Positions 1-10,464 of a DNA stretch of 64,000 nt are shown here, piece after piece. The DNA is taken from assembly GCA_038897215.1 (NCBI GenBank), contig JAWAWX010000001.1, positions 352,001-416,000 of the forward strand. Reading direction: 5' to 3'. The notes beneath the pieces are model-generated. The model was not told where the DNA came from. It saw only the letters and a list, made by a program, of their open reading frames with translations, and ran no database searches. This stretch comes from Acidilobaceae archaeon (lineage in GTDB: Archaea > Thermoproteota > Thermoprotei_A > Sulfolobales > Acidilobaceae). The position numbers were made by a program, and so were the translations under genes. Each line of letters begins with the position of its first letter. Position 1 is the first letter of the stretch.

Positions 1-2204
1 ACGTAGCGTGGGCAGCGCCTCTAGCGGGCTCGCTGCTAGCCTTCCTCGGAATGCTCTTGAGGGTGAGGAGCGAGCTCTACTACTCGCTCGTCGCTTCTCT
101 CAGCATCCTAGTGTCAGCTATCGCCACCTCGTGGCTAGCCTGGCTGGTGCTAGCTGAGGAGGCGCCCCTCCTCGTGCCCGGACCTTTGATCCTCGAGAGC
201 CCCAGAGTCTCTCTAGACGTGAGAGCAGACGGGGTCTCCGTAGTCGTGGCTCTTGTAGCTTCCTGGATAGGCTTCATCATATCGGTCTACAGCAGAGAGT
301 ACATGAGGGGAGACGAGGGCTACGGGAGATTCTTCGCTCTGCTATCTCTCTTCGTTGGCGGCATGATGCTCCTAGCCTTGGCCGACAGCCTTGTAGTCAT
401 GTTCGCTGGCTGGGAGGCCACGGGTCTCTGTAGCTATGCTCTGATAAGCCACTGGTACGAGAACCCTCCCGATAAGTGGGTCGGGAGGCCGGGCAGGTAC
501 AGGCTCGGCTTCCCTATGTTCTTCCCGCCGACCGAGAGCGGGACTAGGGCTCTCGCGTTCACCATGATTGGAGACGCGTGGCTCCTAGCGGGGATAGCTA
601 CTCTGATTCGCTACACGGGGACGAGTAGCTTGACGGAGCTAGCGGCCAGCGCTGGGGTCTGGATGCTTGAGCTCTCGGGGAGCGGAGCGCTAGCCGTCAT
701 AGCGGCATCCATGACTATAGGAGCTCTGGCTAAGAGTGCTCAGATACCATTCCACGAGTGGCTCCTCACAGCTATGACTGCCCCGACTCCAGTCTCTGCT
801 CTGATACACGCTGCCACAATGGTTAACGCTGGAGTCTACCTGTTCCTCAGGATAGCTGGCTTCACTCTCGAGGCTGTGGCGGCGAGCGCTGAGCCTCCAG
901 CTCTCCTAGCTAGCGTTCTAGTCCCCGTGTACGCTGGCGTGCTCGCAGTAGGCCTAGCCACGTCTCTCCTCACCTCTCTCATCGCTCTCAACTCTGACGA
1001 GCTGAAGGTGGTTCTGGCAGCATCTACCTCGAGCCAGCTGGGGCTCATGTTCGCCTCCGCTAGCGCTAGCGGGCTGCTAGCTCTGTGGGGCCGCAGCGGG
1101 GAAGCGCTAGTGGCTTTCTACGCTACCCTACTCCATCTGCTGAGCCATGCTGTCTTCAAGGCAGCGCTCTTCCTAGCCGCTGGCTGGGTCATACACGCCT
1201 CTCACACTAGATTCATCGAGGGGATGAGGGGAGCTCTGCGCGAGGCTAGAGCAGCAGCGTTGGCGATGACGCTGGGGAGCCTGAGCCTAGCCGGGATCCC
1301 CCCGACTCTGGGGTTCTTCAGTAAAGACCTCGTGCTCCACTCTCTAGCCTGGAGTAGCCCAGCTCTAGCCCCCGTGGGGCTCGCTCTAGCCGTCCTCACT
1401 GCTCTCTACGCTGGGAAGACTCTGGGCGCGCTTCTCGGAAGCCGGGAGAGAGAGGCGCTAGAGGAGAACGGCCACAGCGGAGAGCCTCCAGCTATGAGCA
1501 CAGCCTACCTGTCTCTAGCGCTGGCATCGCTAGCTCTGGGGCTCTCGTGGCCCGCGTCAAGCAAGCTTGTAGCGAGAGCTGTCGAAGCCTCTCTCTCAGC
1601 CCCTCTGCCGGAGATCCACCTGAGCCTAGGCGCCGCCGCTCTAGCGAGCGTTGCGAGCCTCTCTGCTCTCGCCATCGCCATTGTCTACGGCTATCGGGGG
1701 GCTAGAGTGACCAGCTGGCTGGCCTCATCGAGTGTTTTCAAGGCTCTAAGCGAGATAGCCTATGATAGGTTCTTGATGAGCCCAGTTCTCTACGCTCTAG
1801 CTAGAGCCATGGGAACTCTTGGAGAGTTTGTTGCGAGGACTGTGCATAACTTTGCAGAATGCGCGACCATAGCGTTTATCGATGGTTTCGCGAGCGATAT
1901 CAGAGCGAGACCGTCTACCCGCGAGCTAGAGCATAGAGCTTGGCTGTCTGCTTATTGCTCGATAGATAGGCTCACCTGCAATCTCTGCTCTAGAGTCATA
2001 TCGTATTTAGCGAATTCAACTGTAGACACTGATCAAGCACTAGACAACCTATATCATAGAAGAGTAACGTCCACTGTCAGAACTCTCGGCAATAGAGTAA
2101 GACTCGTTCTTCGAGGAAGCGGCTCTCAGTACTTTGTTTTAGCATACATACTGTCAGTGCTCGCTGTAGCAATAGTCTTGCTAGCCATACTTTTAGGTAT
2201 GTAG
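1..2204 (+). CDS. nuoL: NADH-quinone oxidoreductase subunit L / MrpA-like antiporter subunit (5' end lies outside the window)
   Basis: Motifs GWE.TGLCSYALI, KSAQIPFHEWL..AMTAPTPVSALIHAATMV, STSSQLG, HAVFKAALF. The frame is open from position 3 (VAWAAPLAGSLL...) to the window edge. Confidence 0.9.
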   Translation, partial: VAWAAPLAGSLLAFLGMLLRVRSELYYSLVASLSILVSAIATSWLAWLVLAEEAPLLVPGPLILESPRVSLDVRADGVSVVVALVASWIGFIISVYSREYMRGDEGYGRFFALLSLFVGGMMLLALADSLVVMFAGWEATGLCSYALISHWYENPPDKWVGRPGRYRLGFPMFFPPTESGTRALAFTMIGDAWLLAGIATLIRYTGTSSLTELAASAGVWMLELSGSGALAVIAASMTIGALAKSAQIPFHEWLLTAMTAPTPVSALIHAATMVNAGVYLFLRIAGFTLEAVAASAEPPALLASVLVPVYAGVLAVGLATSLLTSLIALNSDELKVVLAASTSSQLGLMFASASASGLLALWGRSGEALVAFYATLLHLLSHAVFKAALFLAAGWVIHASHTRFIEGMRGALREARAAALAMTLGSLSLAGIPPTLGFFSKDLVLHSLAWSSPALAPVGLALAVLTALYAGKTLGALLGSREREALEENGHSGEPPAMSTAYLSLALASLALGLSWPASSKLVARAVEASLSAPLPEIHLSLGAAALASVASLSALAIAIVYGYRGARVTSWLASSSVFKALSEIAYDRFLMSPVLYALARAMGTLGEFVARTVHNFAECATIAFIDGFASDIRARPSTRELEHRAWLSAYCSIDRLTCNLCSRVISYLANSTVDTDQALDNLYHRRVTSTVRTLGNRVRLVLRGSGSQYFVLAYILSVLAVAIVLLAILLGM

Positions 2205-2214
2205 AGGGAGCTCT

Positions 2215-3561
2215 ATGAACACTGCTTTAACGGCAATAGTCTTTTTAGCATTATACTCTAATGCTGTAGCCTCTCTAGCGATACCTCTCTTGAGCCTAGC
2301 CAATAGCAGGTCTAAAGCTATCTGGCTCTCATCGCTAGCACCTCAAGTAGCAACACTGACCGCTCTAGCCGTAGTGCTGGCTACAGGAGCTAATCCCGCT
2401 TCGGGCTTCCTCAGCTCGGAGAAAGCCTCTTGGATACTAGCTGCATCTGCTACTCTAGGCTGTCTGCTGTCATCTCTAGCTATAGGTGTGTCTGCATACG
2501 ATTGGCTCACGCACCCTGGTGTTTACAGCTTAGTGCCTCTCGCTCTGCTAGGGCTCGTCCACTTATCTCTAAGCGGCGACCTCCTCGTAGCGTTAGCCGC
2601 GTGGCTTTTGGTAGCCATATCAAGTTACGCTCTGGTAGCTCTAGCCGGAGACAGGTCTAGCGTGAGAGCAGCTGTCATCTACGGAGTCGTCGGCATGATC
2701 TCGACGCTACTCCTGATCCTGGGCGTGGCTCTAGGCTCGGCTGCTCTTGAAGCCGGGAGAGAGCTCTTATCGCTCTCAGCGTCCACTATGATCTTAGCAT
2801 CTCTAGGGCTCAAGCTGGGGCTCTTTCCGTTCCACTGGTGGATTCCGGCTGTCTACGGGGGAGCCAACGGGAGGCTCGTGGCTGTTCTCGACGGCTCCTA
2901 CAAGCCTGCTTTCGCCGCTGCTCTGCTCTACCTCCTCTCCGAGGTAGCCGGGCCCGTCGCGCAACAGGTCTCTCTGGCTCTCCTCCTGCTAGGCTTGGCT
3001 AGCATGACCTACGGTAACGTCGCAGCTATGGTGACCGGTAGACTTCAAGAACTCCTAGCTTATAGTAGTATAGCTCACGCCGGCTTCATAGGAATCGCTA
3101 TAAGCATAGCTCTAGCTCCAGAGACCACTAGAAGCTACGAACTCGCCATAGCGGGCTTGCTTCTAGTAGCTCTAACTGTGGCTTCAGCAAAGCCCCCTCT
3201 CTTCGCTCTATCCTCTCTAGTCAGAGATGTTGGCGACCTGGAGAAGATCTCCTGGGATAGAGCTTCGAGCACGTCTATAGCAGTGCTTTCTCTAAGCCTG
3301 CTAGGCGTGCCTCCACTCTTGGGATTCTGGGGTAAGCTAGTGATAGCAATAGCCGTAGCTGAAGTGTCACCTCTAGTAGCGGCGATAGTTCTAGTCAACG
3401 TTACCGCTAGCTCTGTCTACTATCTGAGAGTAGTCGTCTCAGCTCTTAGGAGGAGCGGTGAGCGCCTAGAGCTAGACAGAGCTGTGAGAGCCACGCTCAT
3501 TGCCTCAACAGCGATCAACTCGTTGGGATTGATAGTAGCCGCTACTATTTACAGTCTCTAA
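2215..3561 (+). CDS. nuoN: NADH-quinone oxidoreductase subunit N
   Basis: KLGLFPFHWWIPAVYGG, LLAYSSIAHAGF, SLLGVPPLLGFWGK, YYLRVV; directly follows nuoL. Confidence 0.85.
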   Translation: MNTALTAIVFLALYSNAVASLAIPLLSLANSRSKAIWLSSLAPQVATLTALAVVLATGANPASGFLSSEKASWILAASATLGCLLSSLAIGVSAYDWLTHPGVYSLVPLALLGLVHLSLSGDLLVALAAWLLVAISSYALVALAGDRSSVRAAVIYGVVGMISTLLLILGVALGSAALEAGRELLSLSASTMILASLGLKLGLFPFHWWIPAVYGGANGRLVAVLDGSYKPAFAAALLYLLSEVAGPVAQQVSLALLLLGLASMTYGNVAAMVTGRLQELLAYSSIAHAGFIGIAISIALAPETTRSYELAIAGLLLVALTVASAKPPLFALSSLVRDVGDLEKISWDRASSTSIAVLSLSLLGVPPLLGFWGKLVIAIAVAEVSPLVAAIVLVNVTASSVYYLRVVVSALRRSGERLELDRAVRATLIASTAINSLGLIVAATIYSL

Positions 3562-3570
3562 GGTCTCTAT

Positions 3571-4203
3571 CTAGGCCGAAGAGAGACCTCTTCTGCGAGA
3601 CGACCAGGCTAGGATGGCTGGCGCTAGGGAGACTACCATCATAACCGCCGAGAGAGCAACCGCTTCAGCCGGCTCGAGCCTCTGGTAGTCTAGGATCCTG
3701 TGGCTGACAACGACCTCGTAGGTTCCGGCCACTGGCGAGGCGACAGCGATTATGAGTGTAGCCCACGTCTCGAGCACTCTAGAGTAAGCACGCTCCCCTT
3801 CTGCCTCGATGGGCGAGAGCTCCACAATGTAGGGCCCGAGCATCTGCAGGAGCTCTTGTAGCTTCGCTCCCCTCACTACCACCCACGTGTACGAGATGCC
3901 TGTAGCCAAGTTGACTGCAGTGCCGGCCTCTCTAGCCTCTAGCCGTCTGAGCACCTCAGACAATAGCCAGGGGTCCATTCTAGCCACTGCCGCTACCGCC
4001 ACGCCGGCTCCTCTAGTCTCTACTCTGGCTTCTATCTTGGTAGATGTGGGGGTCGCGAAGATTATAGCGACCTCGCTCTCTGCTAGCCTGAAGTCGAATG
4101 AGCGCTCGCCCTCCGGCTTTATTCCTAGGAGGTGAGCTACTATGGCTGATACCAGGATGGCTACAGCCATGACTGTCAGGATCCTGAAGAGGAGGCGCGT
4201 CAT
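3571..4203 (-). CDS. Membrane-anchored hypothetical protein, third gene of ABC-2 exporter operon
   Basis: N- and C-terminal hydrophobic segments; ATGA overlap with the permease stop. Confidence 0.65.
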   Translation of the reverse strand: MTRLLFRILTVMAVAILVSAIVAHLLGIKPEGERSFDFRLAESEVAIIFATPTSTKIEARVETRGAGVAVAAVARMDPWLLSEVLRRLEAREAGTAVNLATGISYTWVVVRGAKLQELLQMLGPYIVELSPIEAEGERAYSRVLETWATLIIAVASPVAGTYEVVVSHRILDYQRLEPAEAVALSAVMMVVSLAPAILAWSSRRRGLSSA

Positions 4204-4958
4204 CTCGGCTCAAACCTCCTAGTGAAGTAGATGAGAGCTATGAGGATTGCGAGGACAGCGAGAGACGGTATTAGCGCGAACTGCCACACCTCGATCTCCC
4301 TCGTGCCTCTGTACTCGTAGTAGACCAGGTCCTGGAGGCTTAGAGAGTGCCCTATCTTCTCCAAGAGCTCTACCTCTCTGATCCTCCCTATGATGGGGAG
4401 GATGGTGTTCATCACGATCACGATGAAGTAGACTACTACTCCGCCCACGCCGCTGAGCGCTTGACTCCTAGTAGTCACAGCTATCAGCGAGAAGAGAGAC
4501 CCGTAGAACAGCGCTTGAGTCAAGAACGCTAGGTAGAAGAGAGCAATCCACGAGATCTCGTCGAGTAGCGAGAACTTGAGGACTATGAGTGATGTGACGA
4601 GAGGGACTAGGAGGATTAAGGCGGAGGGGGCCACGACTCTGCTAGCCAGGATGGATAGAAAGACCCCGGCTCTGGGGAGAGGGTATGAGAGGTAGAGGCT
4701 CATGAGCCCAGACTCTGTAAGCGAAGCTATCCCAGCCGCGCTCCTCACAGCCAGGAACAAGACTAGAGCCAGCATAGTGGGGTCTAGGACTCCTCTAGAG
4801 AAGGTGGCTGGGTCCGCTACAGGCTGGACTACGACTATTATTGCTCCCAGAGAGGCTACGAAGACTAGCAGGAGGTCTATCACGGGCGGTCTCATGACCT
4901 CGTTGGAGTCGATCAAGAAGACCTCCAGAAGCCCTCTTAGAGTCCTCGAGCTAGCCAG
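4200..4958 (-). CDS. ABC-2 type permease (probable CTG start at 4958; first canonical start is TTG 4916)
   Basis: About 6 TM helices; E.G...LYLSYPLPR...L motif; GAGGTGA SD 6 nt before the in-frame CTG. Confidence 0.8.
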   Translation of the reverse strand: MASSRTLRGLLEVFLIDSNEVMRPPVIDLLLVFVASLGAIIVVVQPVADPATFSRGVLDPTMLALVLFLAVRSAAGIASLTESGLMSLYLSYPLPRAGVFLSILASRVVAPSALILLVPLVTSLIVLKFSLLDEISWIALFYLAFLTQALFYGSLFSLIAVTTRSQALSGVGGVVVYFIVIVMNTILPIIGRIREVELLEKIGHSLSLQDLVYYEYRGTREIEVWQFALIPSLAVLAILIALIYFTRRFEPR

Positions 4959-5844
4959 ACTTGATCACCTCCTCTATAGAGACCCCGGCTACGTCAACGC
5001 TAAGTATGACTGCTCCCAGCCTGGCTGCTACGGCTAGGCGCTCGAGTAGCCTGGGGTACTCCTGGTAGTCGCTCAGCCTGACTATGAGCGTGAACCCCTC
5101 TTTCTCGACATCGAAGCCCTCGTCTCTCAGAGCTGACTCGAGGCCCTCCGGATTCTCCGCTCTGACTCTGGCTAGGAGAGCCTTCCTCAGGATCTCGCTG
5201 GGAGTGCCGGAGGCTACAGTCCTCCCTCTAGATATCGCTACTATCTTGCTCACTACGCTCACTATCTCTGCTATTATGTGGCTGGATATCAGGAAGGATA
5301 TCCCCCTGTCTTTGTTGAGTTCCGCTATGAGTTCTAGTATCCTCCTCCTCTCTACTGGGTCTAGGTTGCTCGTCGGCTCGTCTGCCACTATGAAGCTAGG
5401 CTCCGCTATGAGAGCGTGAGCTATAGCCGCTCTCTGCTTCAAGCCCGCGCTGAGCTCCCTGAAGCTCTTCCACTCGTGCCCCTCGAGCCCCGCTAGCTTC
5501 ACAGCGTCTCTGACAGCGCTCCTGGAGGCTCCGTGGATTCTAGCCGCTCTCTCCAGGAAGTCCGAGACTCTGAAGGACTCGGGGAGAACGGGTCTCTCGA
5601 AGATAACACCGACCCCTCTTCTAGCCTCGTAGTCCACTAAGGGGTCGCGGCCGTTGAGCAACACTCTGCCAGCGTCTCTCCTCAAGAGCCCTAGGGATAC
5701 TTTTATCAGCGTCGTCTTGCCAGCTCCGTTCGGGCCTACTAGCCCCACTATCTCTCCTTTGTCTACGCTGATGTCAGCCCCCCTCAGGGCCTTCACGAGC
5801 CCGTAGCTCTTCTCTACCTTCTCAGCTACCAGGATGCCAGCCAA
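4951..5844 (-). CDS. ABC transporter ATP-binding protein (exporter type)
   Basis: Walker A GPNGAGKTT, signature LSAGLKQR, Walker B ADEPT, SSH. Confidence 0.92.
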   Translation of the reverse strand: MAGILVAEKVEKSYGLVKALRGADISVDKGEIVGLVGPNGAGKTTLIKVSLGLLRRDAGRVLLNGRDPLVDYEARRGVGVIFERPVLPESFRVSDFLERAARIHGASRSAVRDAVKLAGLEGHEWKSFRELSAGLKQRAAIAHALIAEPSFIVADEPTSNLDPVERRRILELIAELNKDRGISFLISSHIIAEIVSVVSKIVAISRGRTVASGTPSEILRKALLARVRAENPEGLESALRDEGFDVEKEGFTLIVRLSDYQEYPRLLERLAVAARLGAVILSVDVAGVSIEEVIKSG

Positions 5845-5950
5845 TAGTAGAGCCCCGGGAGGGTTTGAGAACTCTCCGACCCTTATCAGTACTAAGTAAA
5901 AACTATTAGGAGGCGGGTCTCGTAGCTGGGAGCGAGGAGGTTCTCGCGTC

Positions 5951-6799
5951 TTGCCTCGAAGACTCTACGTGTCTATAGACGCTGAGGGGCTACCCGGGGT
6001 CTTTCACCCAGCTCAGCTCAGCCCAGATGGTAAGCTCTTCAGGGAGCTACAGCTAGTGATGGGGAGATTCGTTGAGACCGTCGCTGATGAGGCGGAGAGA
6101 CTGGGCTACGATGAGGTGTGGGTTGCTGATAGCCACGGGTTCATGGGGAACGTGGAGTATCCGAGCGTCCCGGATAACGTGGTTCTAGTGAGAGGGTCTC
6201 CTAGACCTGTCTCCATGGTCTACGGGATAGAGAGAGGGTTCGAGGCCGCTGTATTCATAGGGTACCATCCTAGAGCCGGGACTGTGAGCGGGGTTCTTGA
6301 CCACACCTACAGCGGGAAGATATTCTGGGACGTTAGGATCAACGGAGTGTCAGTGAGCGAGTTCTACTTGAACGCTATAGTAGCAGGCTACTACGGAGTC
6401 CCGGTGATACTCGTAGCTGGAGACGACAAGCTGAGAGCCGACGTGGAGAAAGCCGCTCCCTGGGTCGTGTACGTGGTGCTGAAAGAGAGCGCGTCCAGGT
6501 ACTCTACTGTCTCCAGGAGTCTCAAGAAAGTCCTGGAGGATACGAGAGCAGGGCTGAGAGAGGCTGAGAGAAGGCTGAGAGAGGGAGAAGCTCGGCCTCT
6601 GAGAGCTCAGGAGCCTCTCGTGCTGGAGATGGTATTCAGGAGGCCCGACTACGCTGAGGTGGCAGAGCTCCTCCCCGGAGCTAGGAGGCTAGACGGATAC
6701 ACTGTAGTGGTGAAAGTCGAGAACCCCGTGGAAGCCTACAGAGTCCTCGATATAGTGGTTCTAGGAGCGTTCGGCCTAGAGTCTCTCCTAAGAGCCTAG
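5951..6799 (+). CDS. M55 family D-aminopeptidase (DppA-like)
   Basis: ISDxEG-like SIDAEG, ADSHG, IGYH, LDHTYS, GDD. Confidence 0.9.
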   Translation: MPRRLYVSIDAEGLPGVFHPAQLSPDGKLFRELQLVMGRFVETVADEAERLGYDEVWVADSHGFMGNVEYPSVPDNVVLVRGSPRPVSMVYGIERGFEAAVFIGYHPRAGTVSGVLDHTYSGKIFWDVRINGVSVSEFYLNAIVAGYYGVPVILVAGDDKLRADVEKAAPWVVYVVLKESASRYSTVSRSLKKVLEDTRAGLREAERRLREGEARPLRAQEPLVLEMVFRRPDYAEVAELLPGARRLDGYTVVVKVENPVEAYRVLDIVVLGAFGLESLLRA

Positions 6800-7482
6800 C
6801 AGAGAGGCCCTGTGTGTGACTTGATCGATAAAAGCCCATATGACATGGCTACCGCTGAGACTAGCTTAAGCGCGGAGACGAAGAGGGGCTCAGCGAGACC
6901 AAAGTCTTCGGCTAGAACTGCTAAAGCTAGAACCAGGACTCCTAGAGCTACCGCTAAGTAGGCTACGGTTTTCTCGCGTCTCAAGTAGGCGTAGAGGTAG
7001 AGAGCTGTAGCGAAGACTACGCCAGCTACTAGGAGAGCTACTGCCAGAGCTTGCGGGAGAGGCTCAGCGATCGCGCTATTAAAGCTGCTGAAAGCTACCT
7101 CTCCTAAGTCTACTCTAGCTCTAGCTATGGTGACTGCTAGTAGGAAAGAAGCTATGGTTAAGACTGCTGTCGCTATAAGAGATTGAATCGCGTAGCTTAA
7201 GTGCATGAGGACAACTATCGCCAACAATCCGGGGACAAGGTGCTGGAGGAAGTACGCTGTCTTAAACGTAGCTGACGCCATCGAGAAATCGCCATCGAGC
7301 CCCCAGCCTCTAAAGTAGCCGTAAGCTAGCAAGGCTAGAGCTATCGCGTAGAAGCCCATAGCTACACCCGCTACACCCTTGCAGGCTAATTGTCTTGCTC
7401 TAGCTTTCAGGTACGACCTGATGAGCATTTCTGATGACACGATCGAGATGAGAGAAGCCGCTATGAGAAGCAAGCTCTCCAA
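6796..7482 (-). CDS. Multi-pass membrane hypothetical protein
   Basis: About 7 hydrophobic segments; TATA-like sequence near 7510-7535. Confidence 0.65.
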   Translation of the reverse strand: MESLLLIAASLISIVSSEMLIRSYLKARARQLACKGVAGVAMGFYAIALALLAYGYFRGWGLDGDFSMASATFKTAYFLQHLVPGLLAIVVLMHLSYAIQSLIATAVLTIASFLLAVTIARARVDLGEVAFSSFNSAIAEPLPQALAVALLVAGVVFATALYLYAYLRREKTVAYLAVALGVLVLALAVLAEDFGLAEPLFVSALKLVSAVAMSYGLLSIKSHTGPLC

Positions 7483-7610
7483 AGTCTCTAACCCAAAAAC
7501 AATGCCTTAGCTAAAAAGCTTAATAACATTTATATCCGCGAAGAAGCGCTATGTCAGCCAGGCTACTCCTAAAGAGGACACCTCCTGGGGGAGACTCGGG
7601 GAGAGCACGA

Positions 7611-8636
7611 TTACCACGTGAGCCTGACTAGAGTCAGGTATATGCTGATAAGAGTTAGGAGAGCGGAGAGCCAGGCTAGAGCTGATGTGACTACTACCAT
7701 TTCAGGCTCTGTGAGAGGAGTTCTGGAGAGCACCAGTGTGAAGAGGCTCTCCGCTCTAGCGCTCCTCCTAACCTTCAAGAGCCACCCGTCTAGCTCCACG
7801 GGCTTCTCGAAGCTCCTCCTCTCTCTGAACCCCACGCTGGCTATCTTGAGGAACCCGTTGAGGCCCACGGGGAGAGCGGCGATGACCGCTGCGGCCTCGA
7901 GCCTCCCCGTTACCGCTATCGAGGCGTAGGCTGCTCCTAGAGCGAAGCTACCAGCGTCTCCGTTGAATGCTCTCGAGGGGTAGAGGTTGAGAGGGAGTAG
8001 AGCGGCTATGGATGCGAGAGCCGCTATAGATGCTACCAGCCCGAAGCTCGACTCCTCTATGCCGGCAGCTGTCTGCATTGCCGCCGCGAAGGCTAGAGCT
8101 GTTAGAGCGATCAAGGCGGTCGAGAGCATGACCCCATTGTAGGCGTCGTACATGTTGAAGCCGTTCGTGGCGACAGTGTAGGCTAGGAGGGCTAGGAGAG
8201 GGTAGAGTAACGTGAGTCTAGCGAAGCCGTCTAGCGGGATTAGGGGCCTCGGGTTGTAGGCTTCTAGCAAGAGCACTGGGAGCGCTGGGAGAGCTCCGAG
8301 AGCTATCTTGGCGTATGCTGGGAGAGGCTTGAAGTCGTCAGCGAGCCCTATGGCGGACGCTAGAGCGACGCTAAGCGAGGCGGCTAGAGCTCTGGAATCG
8401 CCGCTTGCCAAGTACACTAGAGCCATGGAGCTCGAGAACCCCGCGGCTAGAGCTAGGCCCACGCTCTCCGGGACGACGACTCTACAGGGCTTGTGGACAT
8501 CCACTCCGACGTGCTCCATCTTCTTGAACAAAGCGTAGAAGAAGATGGAGGAAGCTAGAGTGATCGCTAGAGAAGAGAGCCCTGCTAGCGCCAGCAATCC
8601 CGGATCCGCGAGAGCCAGGAGGTCTTCTAGCACCAC
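7611..8636 (-). CDS. Glycosyltransferase family 4, UDP-GlcNAc:dolichyl-phosphate GlcNAc-1-P transferase (AglH/Alg7-like)
   Basis: GVDVHK, PESVG, GLADD, TNGFNMYDAYNG, NLYPSRAFNGDAGS. Confidence 0.85.
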   Translation of the reverse strand: MVLEDLLALADPGLLALAGLSSLAITLASSIFFYALFKKMEHVGVDVHKPCRVVVPESVGLALAAGFSSSMALVYLASGDSRALAASLSVALASAIGLADDFKPLPAYAKIALGALPALPVLLLEAYNPRPLIPLDGFARLTLLYPLLALLAYTVATNGFNMYDAYNGVMLSTALIALTALAFAAAMQTAAGIEESSFGLVASIAALASIAALLPLNLYPSRAFNGDAGSFALGAAYASIAVTGRLEAAAVIAALPVGLNGFLKIASVGFRERRSFEKPVELDGWLLKVRRSARAESLFTLVLSRTPLTEPEMVVVTSALAWLSALLTLISIYLTLVRLTW

Positions 8637-9058
8637 TCGCAGTACACCCTCACTCTAACCACGTCGCCGTCTCTCAAGCCTAGAGCTTCTCTCAGGTAGG
8701 TGTTTGAGATGAGTTCTATCACGTCGTCGCCGTGCTTAGATGCTAAAGGCTTAACCAGGTAGACTCGAGCTCGAGGCTCTCCCACGAGCTCCGCTCGGTA
8801 GACTAGAACAGGCTTGAGTCCGCGGCTCCCCACGGGGGGCTCTACGAGAACGTGCCCCCCGGAGTCTAGACAGTCTCTGAGGCTACTCGATGCTCCGTAT
8901 ACTCTAGCGTTGAGAGTCCCCGGGTACGGCTTGAAGCCGAGAGCTCTCTCAAAGCTAGGAGAGTAGATGCTCACGTAGTAAGCCCCCTCTCCGAGCCCCC
9001 GTTCTACCAGAGCCTCTACCTCCACATAGCGGCACTCCTCGGCCAACAGCCGCACCAA
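8627..9058 (-). CDS. ribK: CTP-dependent riboflavin kinase (no N-terminal HTH)
   Basis: GLGEGAYYVS, LGFKPYPGTLN, IELIS..YLRE.LGL.DGD. Confidence 0.9.
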   Translation of the reverse strand: MVRLLAEECRYVEVEALVERGLGEGAYYVSIYSPSFERALGFKPYPGTLNARVYGASSSLRDCLDSGGHVLVEPPVGSRGLKPVLVYRAELVGEPRARVYLVKPLASKHGDDVIELISNTYLREALGLRDGDVVRVRVYCEWC

Positions 9059-9125
9059 ATATTAGGACTCCCTGGCGAGCTGTAGAAGTAAAATATGCTC
9101 AGCGCTCCGCAGGGCTGGTCTAGCG

Positions 9126-10301
9126 ATGAGCGTGATCGAGGCAGACGTAGCCATAGTCTACGGGAGCGTGATCGAGAACGCGCGGATCCCCGCGCCCGTC
9201 AGCGGCTACTACGACCTAGTCGTAGTCCCCGGATTCGTGGACGCTCACGCTCACCCCCAGGTCGTAGACGGGGGGCTCGAGCCCGGGAGGGTCTGGAGAG
9301 ACTCCTACGAGTGGTTCGAGAAGAGGAGGCTGTCCGTGGACGAGGTCGGAGTGAGGAGAGACCTGGAGCTCTCGGAGAAGCTCGCTAGGCTCACCTTCGC
9401 GAGAGCTCTCCTCGAGGGGGTCACGCTTATAGCTGTAACGGGAAGACTCCTCGCTAATGTCAGAGCCTGGCTCGGGATGAGGTCGAAGCCTAGAGCTGTC
9501 TTCCTGCCCTCGGTGATGGATAAGCCTGGGTGGACTGTGGGAGAGCTCTCTCTAGACTACGAGAAGGTCTCGATGATGGTGGAGGACGGCACAGCAAAGC
9601 TAGGGGTATTCGTTCACAGCTTGGGGACATCGAGCCCCGAGACTGTAGCTATGGCGGCTAGGATAGCGTCGAGAGAAGGCAGAATACTGGGGCTCCACTT
9701 CAGCGAGGGAGTGGATGAATCTAGGAGATTCGAGGAGGTCATGGGGCTCCCGCCGTACCCCGTGAGGATAGTCACAGTGCACTGCATAGACAGCGACTTG
9801 AGGCATAGAAACATACCCTGCGTAGCGTGCCCCGCTACCAACATGGCTCTCTACGGGAGGACTAGGAGGCATCTTGAAGCGTTCTCCGGGATCGGGAGCG
9901 ACTGGCCTCTCCTCCTGGGCTCCTCGCCCAGGCACATGCCTCTAGCCATTAGACTGTACAGGTCTTCGCTCCAGAGACTCGTGTCCATCTACACTATCGA
10001 GGGGTATAGAGCGTACTCTATGCCTCACGATGGAGACATCGTTGCTTACGATGGGGGAGTAGACGATCTCCTAGAGGGGAGAGCTCTCCCCAGCCTGGTC
10101 ACGGTAGCCGGGAAGGTGGCCGTACTCGAGAAGAGGCTCGCGGAAAGCGGGCTATCGCTGCCAGACGTAGAGAAGATGATAGAGGAAGCTATAAGAGAAG
10201 CCTACGATAAGCACAGGCTAGACGACTCTCTAAGACCACCGAGGCCTCTCACTCTCGACGAGCTTCTCTCGATAACGCTCCGCGAGCCTTCTTCAAGATA
10301 G
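9126..10301 (+). CDS. Amidohydrolase superfamily metal-dependent hydrolase
   Basis: PGFVDAHAH, HFSE, VHC, CP.TN, GSDW. Confidence 0.8.
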   Translation: MSVIEADVAIVYGSVIENARIPAPVSGYYDLVVVPGFVDAHAHPQVVDGGLEPGRVWRDSYEWFEKRRLSVDEVGVRRDLELSEKLARLTFARALLEGVTLIAVTGRLLANVRAWLGMRSKPRAVFLPSVMDKPGWTVGELSLDYEKVSMMVEDGTAKLGVFVHSLGTSSPETVAMAARIASREGRILGLHFSEGVDESRRFEEVMGLPPYPVRIVTVHCIDSDLRHRNIPCVACPATNMALYGRTRRHLEAFSGIGSDWPLLLGSSPRHMPLAIRLYRSSLQRLVSIYTIEGYRAYSMPHDGDIVAYDGGVDDLLEGRALPSLVTVAGKVAVLEKRLAESGLSLPDVEKMIEEAIREAYDKHRLDDSLRPPRPLTLDELLSITLREPSSR

Positions 10302-10464
10302 CTCCAGCAAGCATCAGCAAGACGTAGAGAGCCACTAGAGCCGCTAGAGCCAAGCCGAGCCGAGGATTCACTACAGCGACTCTCGCGGCTAGGAGGAGGA
10401 ATAGGAGGAGGACTATCAGAGTGAACGTGGACAAGAGTTCTCTGAGAAACCTCCTAAAGCCCAC
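10249..10464 (-). CDS. Small two-TM hypothetical protein
   Basis: Two hydrophobic helices with basic termini; GGGGG SD-like motif upstream. Confidence 0.5.
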   Translation of the reverse strand: MGFRRFLRELLSTFTLIVLLLFLLLAARVAVVNPRLGLALAALVALYVLLMLAGAILKKARGALSREARRE